A stretch of DNA of 63,801 nt, filler included, from Octopus bimaculoides (Eukaryota): the NCBI RefSeq assembly GCF_001194135.2. It is 6 parts of 4 records of this genome, joined end to end, with 100 filler letters (N's around TTAATTAATTAA, not from the genome) between each part and the next. Parts side by side here need not be neighbours in the genome. Positions count along the whole stretch, not along the records: positions 52,397 to 59,316 come from NC_068989.1; positions 59,417 to 62,672 come from NC_068986.1; positions 62,773 to 63,801 come from NW_026365027.1; 3 more parts are not named here. One strand, 5' to 3'. Each line of letters begins with the position of its first letter. Within the stretch, counting starts at the first letter, position 1. Of the stretch, positions 53,539 to 63,801 are shown in pieces. A model generated the notes under the pieces. That model saw only the letters and a program-made list of their open reading frames with translations, searched no databases and was not told where the DNA came from. The position numbers and the translations under genes are program-made.

Positions 53539-55251
53539 TTAATGTTTGTTTATATCTGTCGTCTTGCATGCAAAACGTCGTCACAAAATCTGTGCTGGTT
53601 ATACTTTCTATAGGTTATAGTTTCTCTAGGTTATACTTTCTATAGGAGTGGTCAAAACCATATTCTAAAAATTCAGTTTGGAGCGTTCTAAAGTTGTCAA
53701 AAATTCAACTGTCAGTTAAGCTCATTTGAAATCTGATACTCTATGTATGAAAGTACGAAAGCCCCAATTTAAATTTATGTGCATTAGGAAATACTTATTT
53801 AAAATACCATAATAAGAAAATGTGAAAACCAGACCATGCTTTAACTTTATTCAACTGATATATATAATAATAAAAATATAAGGCAACGAGGAACTTTGGG
53901 GAAATTTGAGCACACTTGTATTTCTTAAATGTCAGGTGCTCTTCAATTCCTGCCAAAGTACCTCGCTGAATGTGGGAAAGTAAATTTTATTTAAATATAT
54001 AAGGTTATTGGGTTGGAACATACACGGATATACATGTATACATGCATACATACATTTCACATACCTACATATGTACTCACGGACGCGTGCGCACACACAC
54101 ATGCAAATATAATGCTATATATATATAGCGTTATATTCCGTGATGATAATTCTACACCGAAACGATGGATTGGGTATTTCCCATGGGTATGACACACCCT
54201 TGATAAATTTTGGAAAAAAATTGTCAATTAGGCCTTATAATTACAGCCGCTACTAATCTATCAAAACTAGGATTTTCAGATTTTCCCTCCTCTTAATGCT
54301 CATATTAAATATATAATTAAAAAAGAAAATTACAGCGTTGTACATCGGACGAGATTGAAGAGTACTTGGCAGTTGAATGTCTATATGTGAGTTCAAATTC
54401 GTTAGACGTACGTCGCAGATTTTACCAGAGTTCTTTTTTTTCTTCATAAAGCATTAATAATAAAATCATAAAATTTTGTCACACCTATACAAGTACTTAA
54501 TAACTCGCTTAGTTTTCAACGTAAATTATAGAATAACATAGTCTAAATAAATTACATAAATCCAAGATAAAGTCAGTATAAGATAAATGTGATTAAAAAA
54601 CATGAAAAACTAAATATCTGCATGTCTGAAACGAATATTATTTGTGGCCATTATACATGATGTTGATAACTAAGGAAAATAACTGAAATCTTCACCAACA
54701 TTTCTGGATATTTAACGTTATATGTATACTGTATTTAATGTGTCACGAACTATATGTACGATATATAATTCACTAAACATTATATACATTGTATCGTATC
54801 AAAAAGTATCTTGCAGGAAACTGTATGATGTATATTCAACCTAAGATTAATTGGAATAAATGATATAATCTACAAAATCAACATTAATTTTCTTCGATTA
54901 TAACATCGTAATATTGAAGTGTCCGCTAATAATTTATATTTTAACACGTCGTGACTCAAAACAACACAGTTTCGAGAAAAGTTTAGCTTTGTTATGGTTG
55001 TATTACATATGCGAAGTTCCAAATGCGAATTCGTGTGCGTTAATAACAGCGGTTCATCTTTTATTTTGAATCGTCCCCATTGACCATATACGGAATATAT
55101 CTTCGAATTACGTAATAAATTTACAAGATTTTATTTAAAAAAAAAATTACGCTGAAGATTAAGCAGGCTATCAATTACCTATATACGAGTAACAATATTA
55201 CATATCTGGATTTAGGCGAGATATTAAAAAAAAAAATCGAAAAGGTTATTC

Positions 55252-55335
55252 AACTTCACCCTTACGTCGTAATTGAACTCATATTCAGACATTCGAATGT
55301 CAAGCCTCCGTCAATTTCGACCAAAGGGTAAAGCT
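55252..55335 (-). ncRNA. Candidate Pol III small-RNA cassette, copy 1 (84-nt panhandle hairpin)
   Basis: 12-bp closing stem, A-box TGGTCGAAATTG, B-box with one mismatch (GTTCAATTA), T4 8 nt downstream. Confidence 0.45.
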
Positions 55336-56020
55336 GGTAGCGAGGATAAAATTTACGTTTAAGAAAAAAAAAACGNNNNNNNNNNNNNNNNNNNNNNNNN
55401 NNNNNNNNNNNNNNNNNNNNNNNNNNNNNNNNNNNNNNNNNNNNNNNNNNNNNNNNNNNNNNNNNNNNNNNNNNNNNNNNNNNNNNNNNNNNNNNNNNNN
55501 NNNNNNNNNNNNNNNNNNNNNNNNNNNNNNNNNNNNNNNNNNNNNNNNNNNNNNNNNNNNNNNNNNNNNNNNNNNNNNNNNNNNNNNNNNNNNTATATTT
55601 ATATATGTATATATAATAGTAGCACCACAAACACTGGCAACACAGAAACAACCAACCTTTCATGGACTGAGGCACATCCACTATAACTATCATGGCTAAC
55701 ACTACCAATAATAACAAAGCTCTGTTTCCAGAAAACGGGGAAGGATTGGCCCTTCTCAGTTACAGAGAAGCACAGTACAACCGTTTTAATTTATAGGAAA
55801 GCAACCGCTGAAGTTGCGAAGAAATTCTTCTTCTCAGATTGACCATATATGGAATATATCTTCACAATAAGAAATAACTTTATACGATTTAATTTTTTTT
55901 TTAATTACGCTGAAGACTAAGCAGATTATTAATTACATTTAATAGAGTAACAATACGACTTATTAGAATTTATGCTTGACAAAAAAAAAAAAAAAGAAAC
56001 AGAATAAAAAAGATGAGACA

Positions 56021-56102
56021 GTTTCGCCCTTCTGTCGGAATTGAACTCACAATCCAACACTCAGATGTCAAATCTCCATCAAGTTCGACCAAAGAGCGCA
56101 AC
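56021..56102 (-). ncRNA. Candidate Pol III small-RNA cassette, copy 2
   Basis: Closing stem GTTGCGCTCTT/AAGGGCGAAAC, A-box TGGTCGAACTTG, B-box GTTCAATTC, T6 downstream. Confidence 0.5.
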
Positions 56103-56818
56103 CGACAACGGTGCTATAAATTATGTTTAAGTAAAACACTTATTTCATTTAGGTACACTCGCGCGCATGCACACACACGCACACACATATTCAAAAGCAC
56201 GCGCTACCAGAAATATATTTGAATATATGTGTATGTATATACGTCTACACATATATACACGTGTTAACACCTGTGTGTGTTCGTATACGTAGTGGGATTT
56301 TCTGTCGATAGGTATCATTGACAAAACAGACATAGTTTATCTCACTCGTTCTCTTGTGTATGTATGTGTGTGTATGTGAGTGAGCGTGATTGTGTGTGAG
56401 TGAGTGTGTATTTAATTATTGAGAATTTTAGTTAAATAAATCAACCCCAGTACATATTTTAATCCCAGTATTTCTTCCACCGGTTTGTAGTAATAGAGTC
56501 ATTACATACAATATATGTATAAGGATGAATATCTAAACATGTTTAAAATATACCTTCTCTCTCCTTAGTTATTTGCATCTTGTAGAATGTCCTCAAAGAG
56601 TGTCCGTTTAGGACCAACAGAAGTTCATCTTTTATTTTGTATCGCTCCCATTGACCATATACGGAATATATCTTGGGATTACGTAATACATTTGCAAGAT
56701 TTTATTTTTTAAAAATTACGATGAAAACTAAGCAGGTTATCAATTATCTATATACGAGAAACAATATTAAAAATTAGAATTTACACTAGATATAAAAAAA
56801 AAATCGAAAAGCTTATTC

Positions 56819-56902
56819 AACTTCACCTTTATGTCGGAATTGAACTCATATTGATACATTCAAATATCGAGTTTCTGTCAAGTTCGACCAAAGGGTGAAG
56901 CC
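56819..56902 (-). ncRNA. Candidate Pol III small-RNA cassette, copy 3
   Basis: Closing stem GGCTTCACCCTT/AAAGGTGAAGTT, intact A and B boxes, T4 downstream. Confidence 0.5.
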
Positions 56903-57361
56903 AGTAACGAATGTAAAATTTACGTTTAAGAAAAATAATTATTTCATTGATGTACACGCGCGAGCTCAAACACACACACACACACACNNNNNNNNNNNNN
57001 NNNNNNNNNNNNNNNNNNNNNNNNNNNNNNNNNNNNNNNNNNNNNNNNNNNNNNNNNNNNNNNNNNNNNNNNNNNNNNNNNNNNNNNNNNNNNNNNNNNN
57101 NNNNNNNNNNNNNNNNNNNNNNNNNNNNNNNNNNNNNNNNNNNNNNNNNNNNNNNNNNNNNNNNNNNNNNNNNNNNNNNNNNNNNNNNNNNNNNNNNNNN
57201 NNNNNNNNNNNNNNNNNNNNNNNNNNNNNNNNNNNNNNNNNNNNNNNNNNNNNNNNNNNNNNNNNNNNNNNNNNNNNNNNNNNNNNNNNNNNNNNNNNNN
57301 NNNNNNNNNNNNNNNNNNNNNNNNNNNNNNNNNNNNNNNNNNNNNNNNNNNNNNNNNNNNN

Positions 57362-57402
<41 letters not shown>

Positions 57403-58062
57403 ATATATACCTGTTAGCAGGTTTGTCTTTTTAATACGGAATGAGATAAATATATGGACACCCACAAGCAATGCAATTTTATTCAACGAAAAGTTCACTT
57501 CCCAACGTAAAGTTAAGCTATCAATACTACAAGAATTATTGACTGTCAGACAGAATTTTCTAGGGGACTTACTAATATAAAGTTGAACTTTACATACTAA
57601 GAACGGAAGCATGACTTTTGAGACGATATCATATTTTAGTTGGTTGACGGAATGTACGTATATATGTATACATATATCGATATGATACATTTTGGATATA
57701 TTTTACTGAACTGTATACAGTGGAGTAATGGAGACATTATATACAGTATATTTATAAGGATAAATATCTAAACATGTTCAAAATTCTTCTCATCTGTCCC
57801 TTGTTACTTGCTCCCTGTAGAATGTCCTCAAAGAGTGTCCATTTCGTACCAACATAGGTTGAGCTTCCATCTTCTTTTGCGCACATTGACCATGTGTAGA
57901 ATATATCTCCGATTTATGTCATACATTTACACGAAGTTTATCTAAAACAATTTACGCTGATTACTTAGGAGGTTTATCTATTACATATTCTAAAGTAACA
58001 ATATTTATATAGAATTTACGCTTCATAAAATGTAACCCCACCCAAAAAAAAAAAGTTTATTT

Positions 58063-58146
58063 AACTTAGCCCTTATATCGGAATCGAACTTATATCGACA
58101 CTTTCGACTGTCAAGCCTCCATCAAGTTCGACCAAAGGGTAAAGCT
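58063..58146 (-). ncRNA. Candidate Pol III small-RNA cassette, copy 4
   Basis: A-box TGGTCGAACTTG, B-box GTTCGATTC, T11 downstream. Confidence 0.5.
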
Positions 58147-58411
58147 GATAATGGGGATATAAATTATGTTTAAAAACACCAATTATTTCATTTATGCACA
58201 CACGCGTGTTCGCACACACACACACATGTACGCTCGCGCGCGCAGAATTGTATTTGAGCATGTGTGTATGTATATATGTATACATGTATGTGTTTGCACG
58301 TGTGTTTGTTTGTATACAATGTAGGAAATATTGTGTGAAACGGGTAAAGAATTTTCTGTCGTTAGATATCTTTGACAGACAGATATATGAACTCTTACAA
58401 GCAATTTTTAC

Positions 58412-58745
58412 ACATTTTAACCGAATATTCGGTTAAAATGTCTTACGTTTAACCTGGTTCCCATGCATTTCCCTGAAGAGAAGATTACATTCTTAACATC
58501 ACCGATTCCTATGGAAGGTATAATTTGTAATCTTCGAAACATATGTTGAAAATAAAAGTATGCAGTTAACATATGCGTTTTACTCCATTCACTAAATTTA
58601 TATATACTCAAGTACCCAAAATAACAAGGCGTTTCTACCTCATAAACAGGAGTTACACCACAGTCGTTTTGTGATCTTTGCTACCCTGGTATCTATTAAC
58701 CAATTTATTTTGTCCGAGTTAATTATTAACTTGGAGAAAATAAAT
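58412..58745 (+). mobile_element. Short hammerhead-bearing element, copy A (PLE pLTR-like or retrozyme-like)
   Basis: 30-bp palindrome at the 5' junction, then the hammerhead; its 3' ~200 bp is homologous to 60822-61000. Confidence 0.65.
58467..58553 (+). ncRNA. Type I hammerhead ribozyme fold (HHR-3)
   Basis: AUUUCC-CUGAAGA-GAAGAUUACA...UGUAAUCUUC-GAAAC-AUAU-GUU/GAAAAU: perfect 10-bp stem II, palindromic stem III ACAUAUGU, stem I 5 of 6 pairs. Confidence 0.85.
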
Positions 58746-59416
58746 ACATATAATAATATATATATATATGCAGTTTCTTCATCTAGTTCACAGCCTATAC
58801 CTCTTTATTGAAGGTGTTGCCACGTTTTGAGCATACACTCACATACGCACGCTCACACGCACACACACACACATGTGATTCAATGCAGATAAGGTTTATA
58901 AATTGCATACAGTAACTGTAGTTCTTGAGACATTCCATACAGTATAATTTTAATACTAAATATCCAGACATGCGTAAAATTTACTTATTTTTCCTTAGTT
59001 ATCTGCAGCATGGAGAATGGCCTCAAAGTTTGTCTGTTTCGGACATACAGATATTCCATTTTGTATTTTATTTGCCTCTCAATGCTCATGTACTGATAAT
59101 GTCCTTGATTTACGTAATGTATTAAGAGAATTTTATTAGTAAAAAATATACCGAAGTCTGGGCGAGTTATTACATACCTGTATAAGGGTAACGAAATTAC
59201 ATAATTATACTTTAAGCTGGATAAAAAATAAGAATATTTCCGCGTCACGCACAGACATTCAAATGTCAAGTGTCTGTCAATTTCGACCACAGTGCAACGC
59301 TGTAGTCTACGGTGTANNNNNNNNNNNNNNNNNNNNNNNNNNNNNNNNNNNNNNNNNNNNTTAATTAATTAANNNNNNNNNNNNNNNNNNNNNNNNNNNN
59401 NNNNNNNNNNNNNNNN

Positions 59417-59493
59417 ATATATATACGATGGGCTTCTTTTCAGTTTCCGTCTACCAAATCCACTCACAAGGCTTTGGTCGGCCCGAGGCTATA
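59417..59493 (-). mobile_element. SINE fragment
   Basis: TTCAGTTTCCGTCTACCAAATCCACTCACAAGGCTTTGGTCGGCCCGAGGCTATAG; homologous to the older SINE at ~59905-60048 (+). Confidence 0.7.
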
Positions 59494-60048
59494 GTTCCTT
59501 CGTCTGAGATAAAATACATTTCCTAGTTGAAAAATTTCTTTCTCTCAGAAGATCAGATCTCTCTTCTTCCTACTGCATACGAACATATCCAAACTCATAA
59601 AATTTGTAAATGCTGACTAGTTCTTTGGGAGTAGTCGCTTCTTGGAAATATAATGTTTTTCTACTGTTTATGAAGTATATTATATAATTAGGTTATTTAC
59701 GACTGGACAGCTTCCTTCAATGACAAATTTTAGTTCGTAAGGATGTCGCTCCTTTCTCCAGAGGTTTTGCTGTCTTGTCTTGTTAGTTTGTTGCCTCACG
59801 TTGATGACTTTGTAGAATTCCAAGATATTGTCTTTCGTTAAAATTGTTTTTTTTTGCTTGTTACTACTTCATAAACATATATCACAGCAACACCAAAGAA
59901 CATCAAACATAGTTGTGTGGTTAAGAAATTCATTTCGCAACTACATAGTCCTGGTTCGATTCCACTGTGTGACACTTCTATCAAGTATCTTCCACAATTT
60001 CACAACTAATGTCTTGTGACTTAAATTTGGTTGGCGGAAACTGTATAC

Positions 60049-60289
60049 AGAGCATAAAGGCGACGAGCTGGCAGAAACGTTAGCACGCTGGGTGAAATGT
60101 TTAGCGGCATTTCGTCTGCCGCTACGTTCTGAGTTCAAATTCCGCCGAGGTCGACTTTGCCTTTCATCCTTTTGGGGTCGATAAAATAAGTACCAGTTAC
60201 GCACTGGAGTCGATATAATCGACTTAATCCCTTTGTCTGTCCTTGTTTGTCCCTCTATGTTCAGCCCCTTGTGGGCAATAAAGAAATAA
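60049..60289 (+). mobile_element. Full-length tRNA-derived SINE with 13-bp TSD, nested in an older SINE
   Basis: GGAAACTGTATAC at 60036-60048 and 60290-60302; A-box-like GAGCTGGCAGAAACG, B-box GAGTTCAAATTCC, core GTCGACTTTGCCTTTCATCC. Confidence 0.92.
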
Positions 60290-60760
60290 GGAAACTGTAT
60301 ACGAATCAGTCTGACCGTTTTGCTTTTCTATAGTGATGGTGTGGGGCTACACTTAATTCATCACCCGGGTTAATAACAGCACCTGTCCTTGGAGTCTCTT
60401 TAATGAAATCTTTCTGTTGCACGCATTCGGCTAAGGTCTCTGATAAGAGGATAACTTCTTACCCTTCTGCTAGTCGTAGTGATTTTTTTTCTATTTCTTT
60501 ATCTTTTTTTCTTTTTGCTGTGTTAAATGAATTGGATCATTTTCTCTGAAATCATAAAATTTTCTCTTGGATAAGATTCCTATTCTTTATGAAAAACTTT
60601 CCTTCAAACATTTGGTATCTAATACCATTCGTTGAGTAATGTATTATGAATGGAATGTCTTACGAATTTGTTAGATGGAAACTGTGTAGAAACCTGCTGC
60701 CATGTGTATGCGTGTGTGTGTGCTCTTGGGTGTATATATATATATATATATAAATAAATT

Positions 60761-61000
60761 TAATAAATGGAGTAATACGCATATAATAAATGGAGTAATA
60801 TGCATATGTTAAATGAATTCTTATGTCGGAAATAAAAGAATTCATTTAACATATGCGTATTACTCCATTTATTAAATTTTTATATTTGAGTTTCTAGCTT
60901 ATAAACAGGAGTTACACCACAGTCATTTTGTGATCTTTGCTACCCTGGTATCTATTAACCAATTTATTTTGTCGGAGTTAATTATTAACTAAGAGAATAT
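60761..61000 (+). mobile_element. Hammerhead-element copy B, 5'-truncated near the cleavage site, with fold-back inversion
   Basis: 60822-61000 matches copy A from TATGT(C)GGAAATAAAAG onward; 60784-60822 and 60836-60874 are 39-bp inverted arms with 1 mismatch. Confidence 0.8.
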
Positions 61001-62330
61001 ATATATATATATATANNNNNNNNNNNNNNNNNNNNNNNNNNNNNNNNNNNNNNNNNNNNNNNNNNNNNNNNNNNNNNNNNNNNNNNNNNNNNNNNNNNNN
61101 NNNNNNNNNNNNNNNNNNNNNNNNNNNNNNNNNNNNNNNNNNNNNNNNNNNNNNNNNNNNNNNNNNNNNNNNNNNNNNNNNNNNNNNNNNNNNNNNNNNN
61201 NNNNNNNNNNNNNNNNNNNNNNNNNNNNNNNNNNNNNNNNNNNNNNNNNNNNNNNNNNNNNNNNNNNNNNNNNNNNNNNNNNNNNNNNNNNNNNNNNNNN
61301 NNNNNNNNNNNNNNNNNNNNNNNNNNNNNNNNNNNNNNNNNNNNNNNNNNNNNNNNNNNNNNNNNNNNNNNNNNNNNNNNNNNNNNNNNNNNNNNNNNNN
61401 NNNNNNNNNNNNNNNNNNNNNNNNNNNNNNNNNNNNNNNNNNNNNNNNNNNNNNNNNNNNNNNNNNNNNNNNNNNNNNNNNNNNNNNNNNNNNNNNNNNN
61501 NNNNNNNNNNNNNNNNNNNNNNNNNNNNNNNNNNNNNNNNNNNNNNNNNNNNNNNNNNNNNNNNNNNNNNNNNNNNNNNNNNNNNNNNNNNNNNNNNNNN
61601 NNNNNNNNNNNNNNNNNNNNNNNNNNNNNNNNNNNNNNNNNNNNNNNNNNNNNNNNNNNNNNNNNNNNNNNNNNNNNNNNNNNNNNNNNNNNNNNNNNNN
61701 NNNNNNNNNNNNNNNNNNNNNNNNNNNNNNNNNNNNNNNNNNNNNNNNNNNNNNNNNNNNNNNNNNNNNNNNNNNNNNNNNNNNNNNNNNNNNNNNNNNN
61801 NNNNNNNNNNNNNNNNNNNNNNNNNNNNNNNNNNNNNNNNNNNNNNNNNNNNNNNNNNNNNNNNNNNNNNNNNNNNNNNNNNNNNNNNNAATTGCCAAGA
61901 TAATCTGCAACTCGACTGAGGAAAGAAAACTCCGAATGACCCGTCCTTGTTTTCTTTGTATCGTCTGTCTGGATGTTTTGTTGTCCCTTTTTTGTATCAC
62001 CTAACTGTCTGGATGTTTTGCATTCTTGTCCCATTTTGTTTTTTTTTATATAAGATATATATATATAGTTCAAATTTATAGAAAATTAGAGATAAAGACA
62101 GGTGAGGGAACAACAAGATGGTATATTAATTTGCCGCTCGGGAAGAATGGAAAAGTCGTTGACGCTTTGAGTCTTTGACGTTTAGTGGAAAAAAATGGAG
62201 AGTTTGTTCATGAGTTATTTAACCTCACCCGTGTTTCACTAGCGAATTCAGATACGTCATGCGATAATTGTTACCTAAACTATTGCTTAACGTGATTTAA
62301 ACACCAAGTGTTCAGGGGAAACCTCTAATT

Positions 62331-62495
62331 CGTTAGCACGCCGGGCGAAATGCTTAGCGGTGTTTCGTCTGCCGCTACGTTCTGAGTTCAAATTCCGCCA
62401 AGGTTGACTTTGCCTTTCATCCTTTCGGAGTCGATTAAATAAGTACCAATTACGCACTGGGGTCGATATAATCGACTAACTCCCTTCTCCCCAAA
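62331..62495 (+). mobile_element. tRNA-derived SINE, 5'-truncated
   Basis: Nearly identical to the head and core of 60049-60289. Confidence 0.85.
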
Positions 62496-63801
62496 TTTTC
62501 AAGGCCCTACCCTCCTATTCCCCTATCTCACCTCCTCTCCTCATCTTTCACATATATATAAACATGCACACATCATTCCCACAAATTTGCTTATGTATCG
62601 ATTAAGTCACTTATACAACACCCTCACATACACGCATACACATACATGCTCACATGCGTACGCATACGCATANNNNNNNNNNNNNNNNNNNNNNNNNNNN
62701 NNNNNNNNNNNNNNNNTTAATTAATTAANNNNNNNNNNNNNNNNNNNNNNNNNNNNNNNNNNNNNNNNNNNNATTTGTCCATTTTCTGTATTTAGCCCTG
62801 TGTGGCTATAATAAAAAGATGTACCAATATAATAGATAAGCTGGTATACTTAAGTTGTAGTAGTGTGCTTTGGCTAAACTGACCACTCATCACAAGGATA
62901 TCATATTTCAACTTTACTCTAGCTAAGACATTATTTATGACCCCCCCCCCCCCCACTATTCCTGACCAGGACAGCATCATGTATGTCTGTCATTTAGGAA
63001 CTCATCTCTTTAGATCTCTTTTATCTTTTTATCTCTCTTTATTTCTCTTTATCTCTTTTTCTATTTTTAGGTTTTTTCTTATTCCTCTTTCTGTTTACTT
63101 CTGTTATTTCATTTTTTTTTTTAATTTCTTCTATTTCTTTAGCCAATTTCCTTTATTTCCTTTATTACCTTATTCCAACCCTACTAAATCTTTTATATGC
63201 ATCTTACTTTATTATCCCTAATTTTTTCTTATATTACCCTTGATCTGACTTCTATTATTTTTGTATTATAATTGGTGTATTTTATGTCTTATTTTATATT
63301 GCTTTTTTCGTATTTTATATTGTTTTAACCTCCAGCTTCTTTCTTTTTTTATCCTCACCTTCTATCTCATATACGTTAGTTATATTTATTTATCATTCAC
63401 TCTACCCTGAATTGTGGTACAATATGGACAGATTTCTGAATACCGAAGAACTTTTTTGTAAATATAACAATTTAATGGATAAGCATATTACTATGGATTA
63501 TACCAAGTGGACTTTCCCATTTTCTCTCTCTTTTTTCTGTGTGATTTCTTCTTTGTGATGTAATCTTGGGACGGAATATATTTGCGGCTGAAGATAGCTT
63601 TAAACCATCCTGTATATCAATTATATACTCATATAATGATGCAACGACTGTTTGTGTATAAAGCTTGAAACACATGTACCACGGAATCCTTTGTGTTTTG
63701 TTTTAATTTTACGCTTTATATATATATATATATATATAAAGCAGTTGTTTCTTGTCAACTTAATGTGACAGACCCATTAAGGGAATCATACTGCTGCTAT
63801 T

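Larger units (their letters stand above)
55050..59310 (-). repeat. Diverged tandem array, five visible units with ~0.8-1.2 kb period
   Basis: Recurring blocks CATTGACCATAT..GGAATATATC, TTACGCTGA, GAGTAACAATA and TCAA(G/T)TTCGACCAAAG at ~55050-55375, 55830-56150, 56510-56950, 57745-58200 and 58940-59310. Confidence 0.92.

Noticed and set aside
55252-58146. Reading the array cassettes as functional tRNA-Ser or tRNA-Arg genes
   Set aside because: T-stem does not pair, the anticodon loop is 6 or 8 nt, and the acceptor register is shifted.
61910-61950. CTGAGGA...CTCCGAATGACCCGTC resembling a hammerhead
   Set aside because: Needs a deletion and a core substitution, and stem I does not pair.

Overview
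AT-rich, microsatellite-laden, gapped eukaryotic scaffold. The SINE and RTE-tail families and the (AT)/(CA)/(GA) repeats suggest an octopus (cephalopod) genome; this is inference, not a database result. I found no supportable host protein-coding exon. The window is a nested collection of decayed transposons: Helitron ends and a Rep N-terminal relic, three RTE 3' fragments, two Tc1/mariner relics, three R4/Dong-like fragments, an internally deleted Ty3/Gypsy element with both LTRs and a 4-bp TSD, a hAT/CGGBP-like transposase, a full-length Chapaev3-like element with TTA TSD, a nearly open Penelope-like ORF, MITEs and tRNA-derived SINEs. The ORF track does not show the most interesting signals, which are RNA structures. 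(1) Three type I hammerhead ribozyme folds lie at 20650-20722 (-), 21727-21798 (-) and 58467-58553 (+). The last belongs to a short repeat whose second copy starts 6 nt upstream of the predicted cleavage site, inside a fold-back inversion. (2) A diverged tandem array at ~55.0-59.3 kb carries an ~84-nt panhandle hairpin per unit, with Pol III A-box, B-box and oligo-T signals and one compensatory base-pair change, resembling a vault-RNA-like or otherwise unannotated small-RNA cluster. (3) A perfect 85-bp-arm inverted repeat lies at 24995-25169. Long ORFs spanning N-runs and the TTAATTAATTAA spacers are assembly artefacts.
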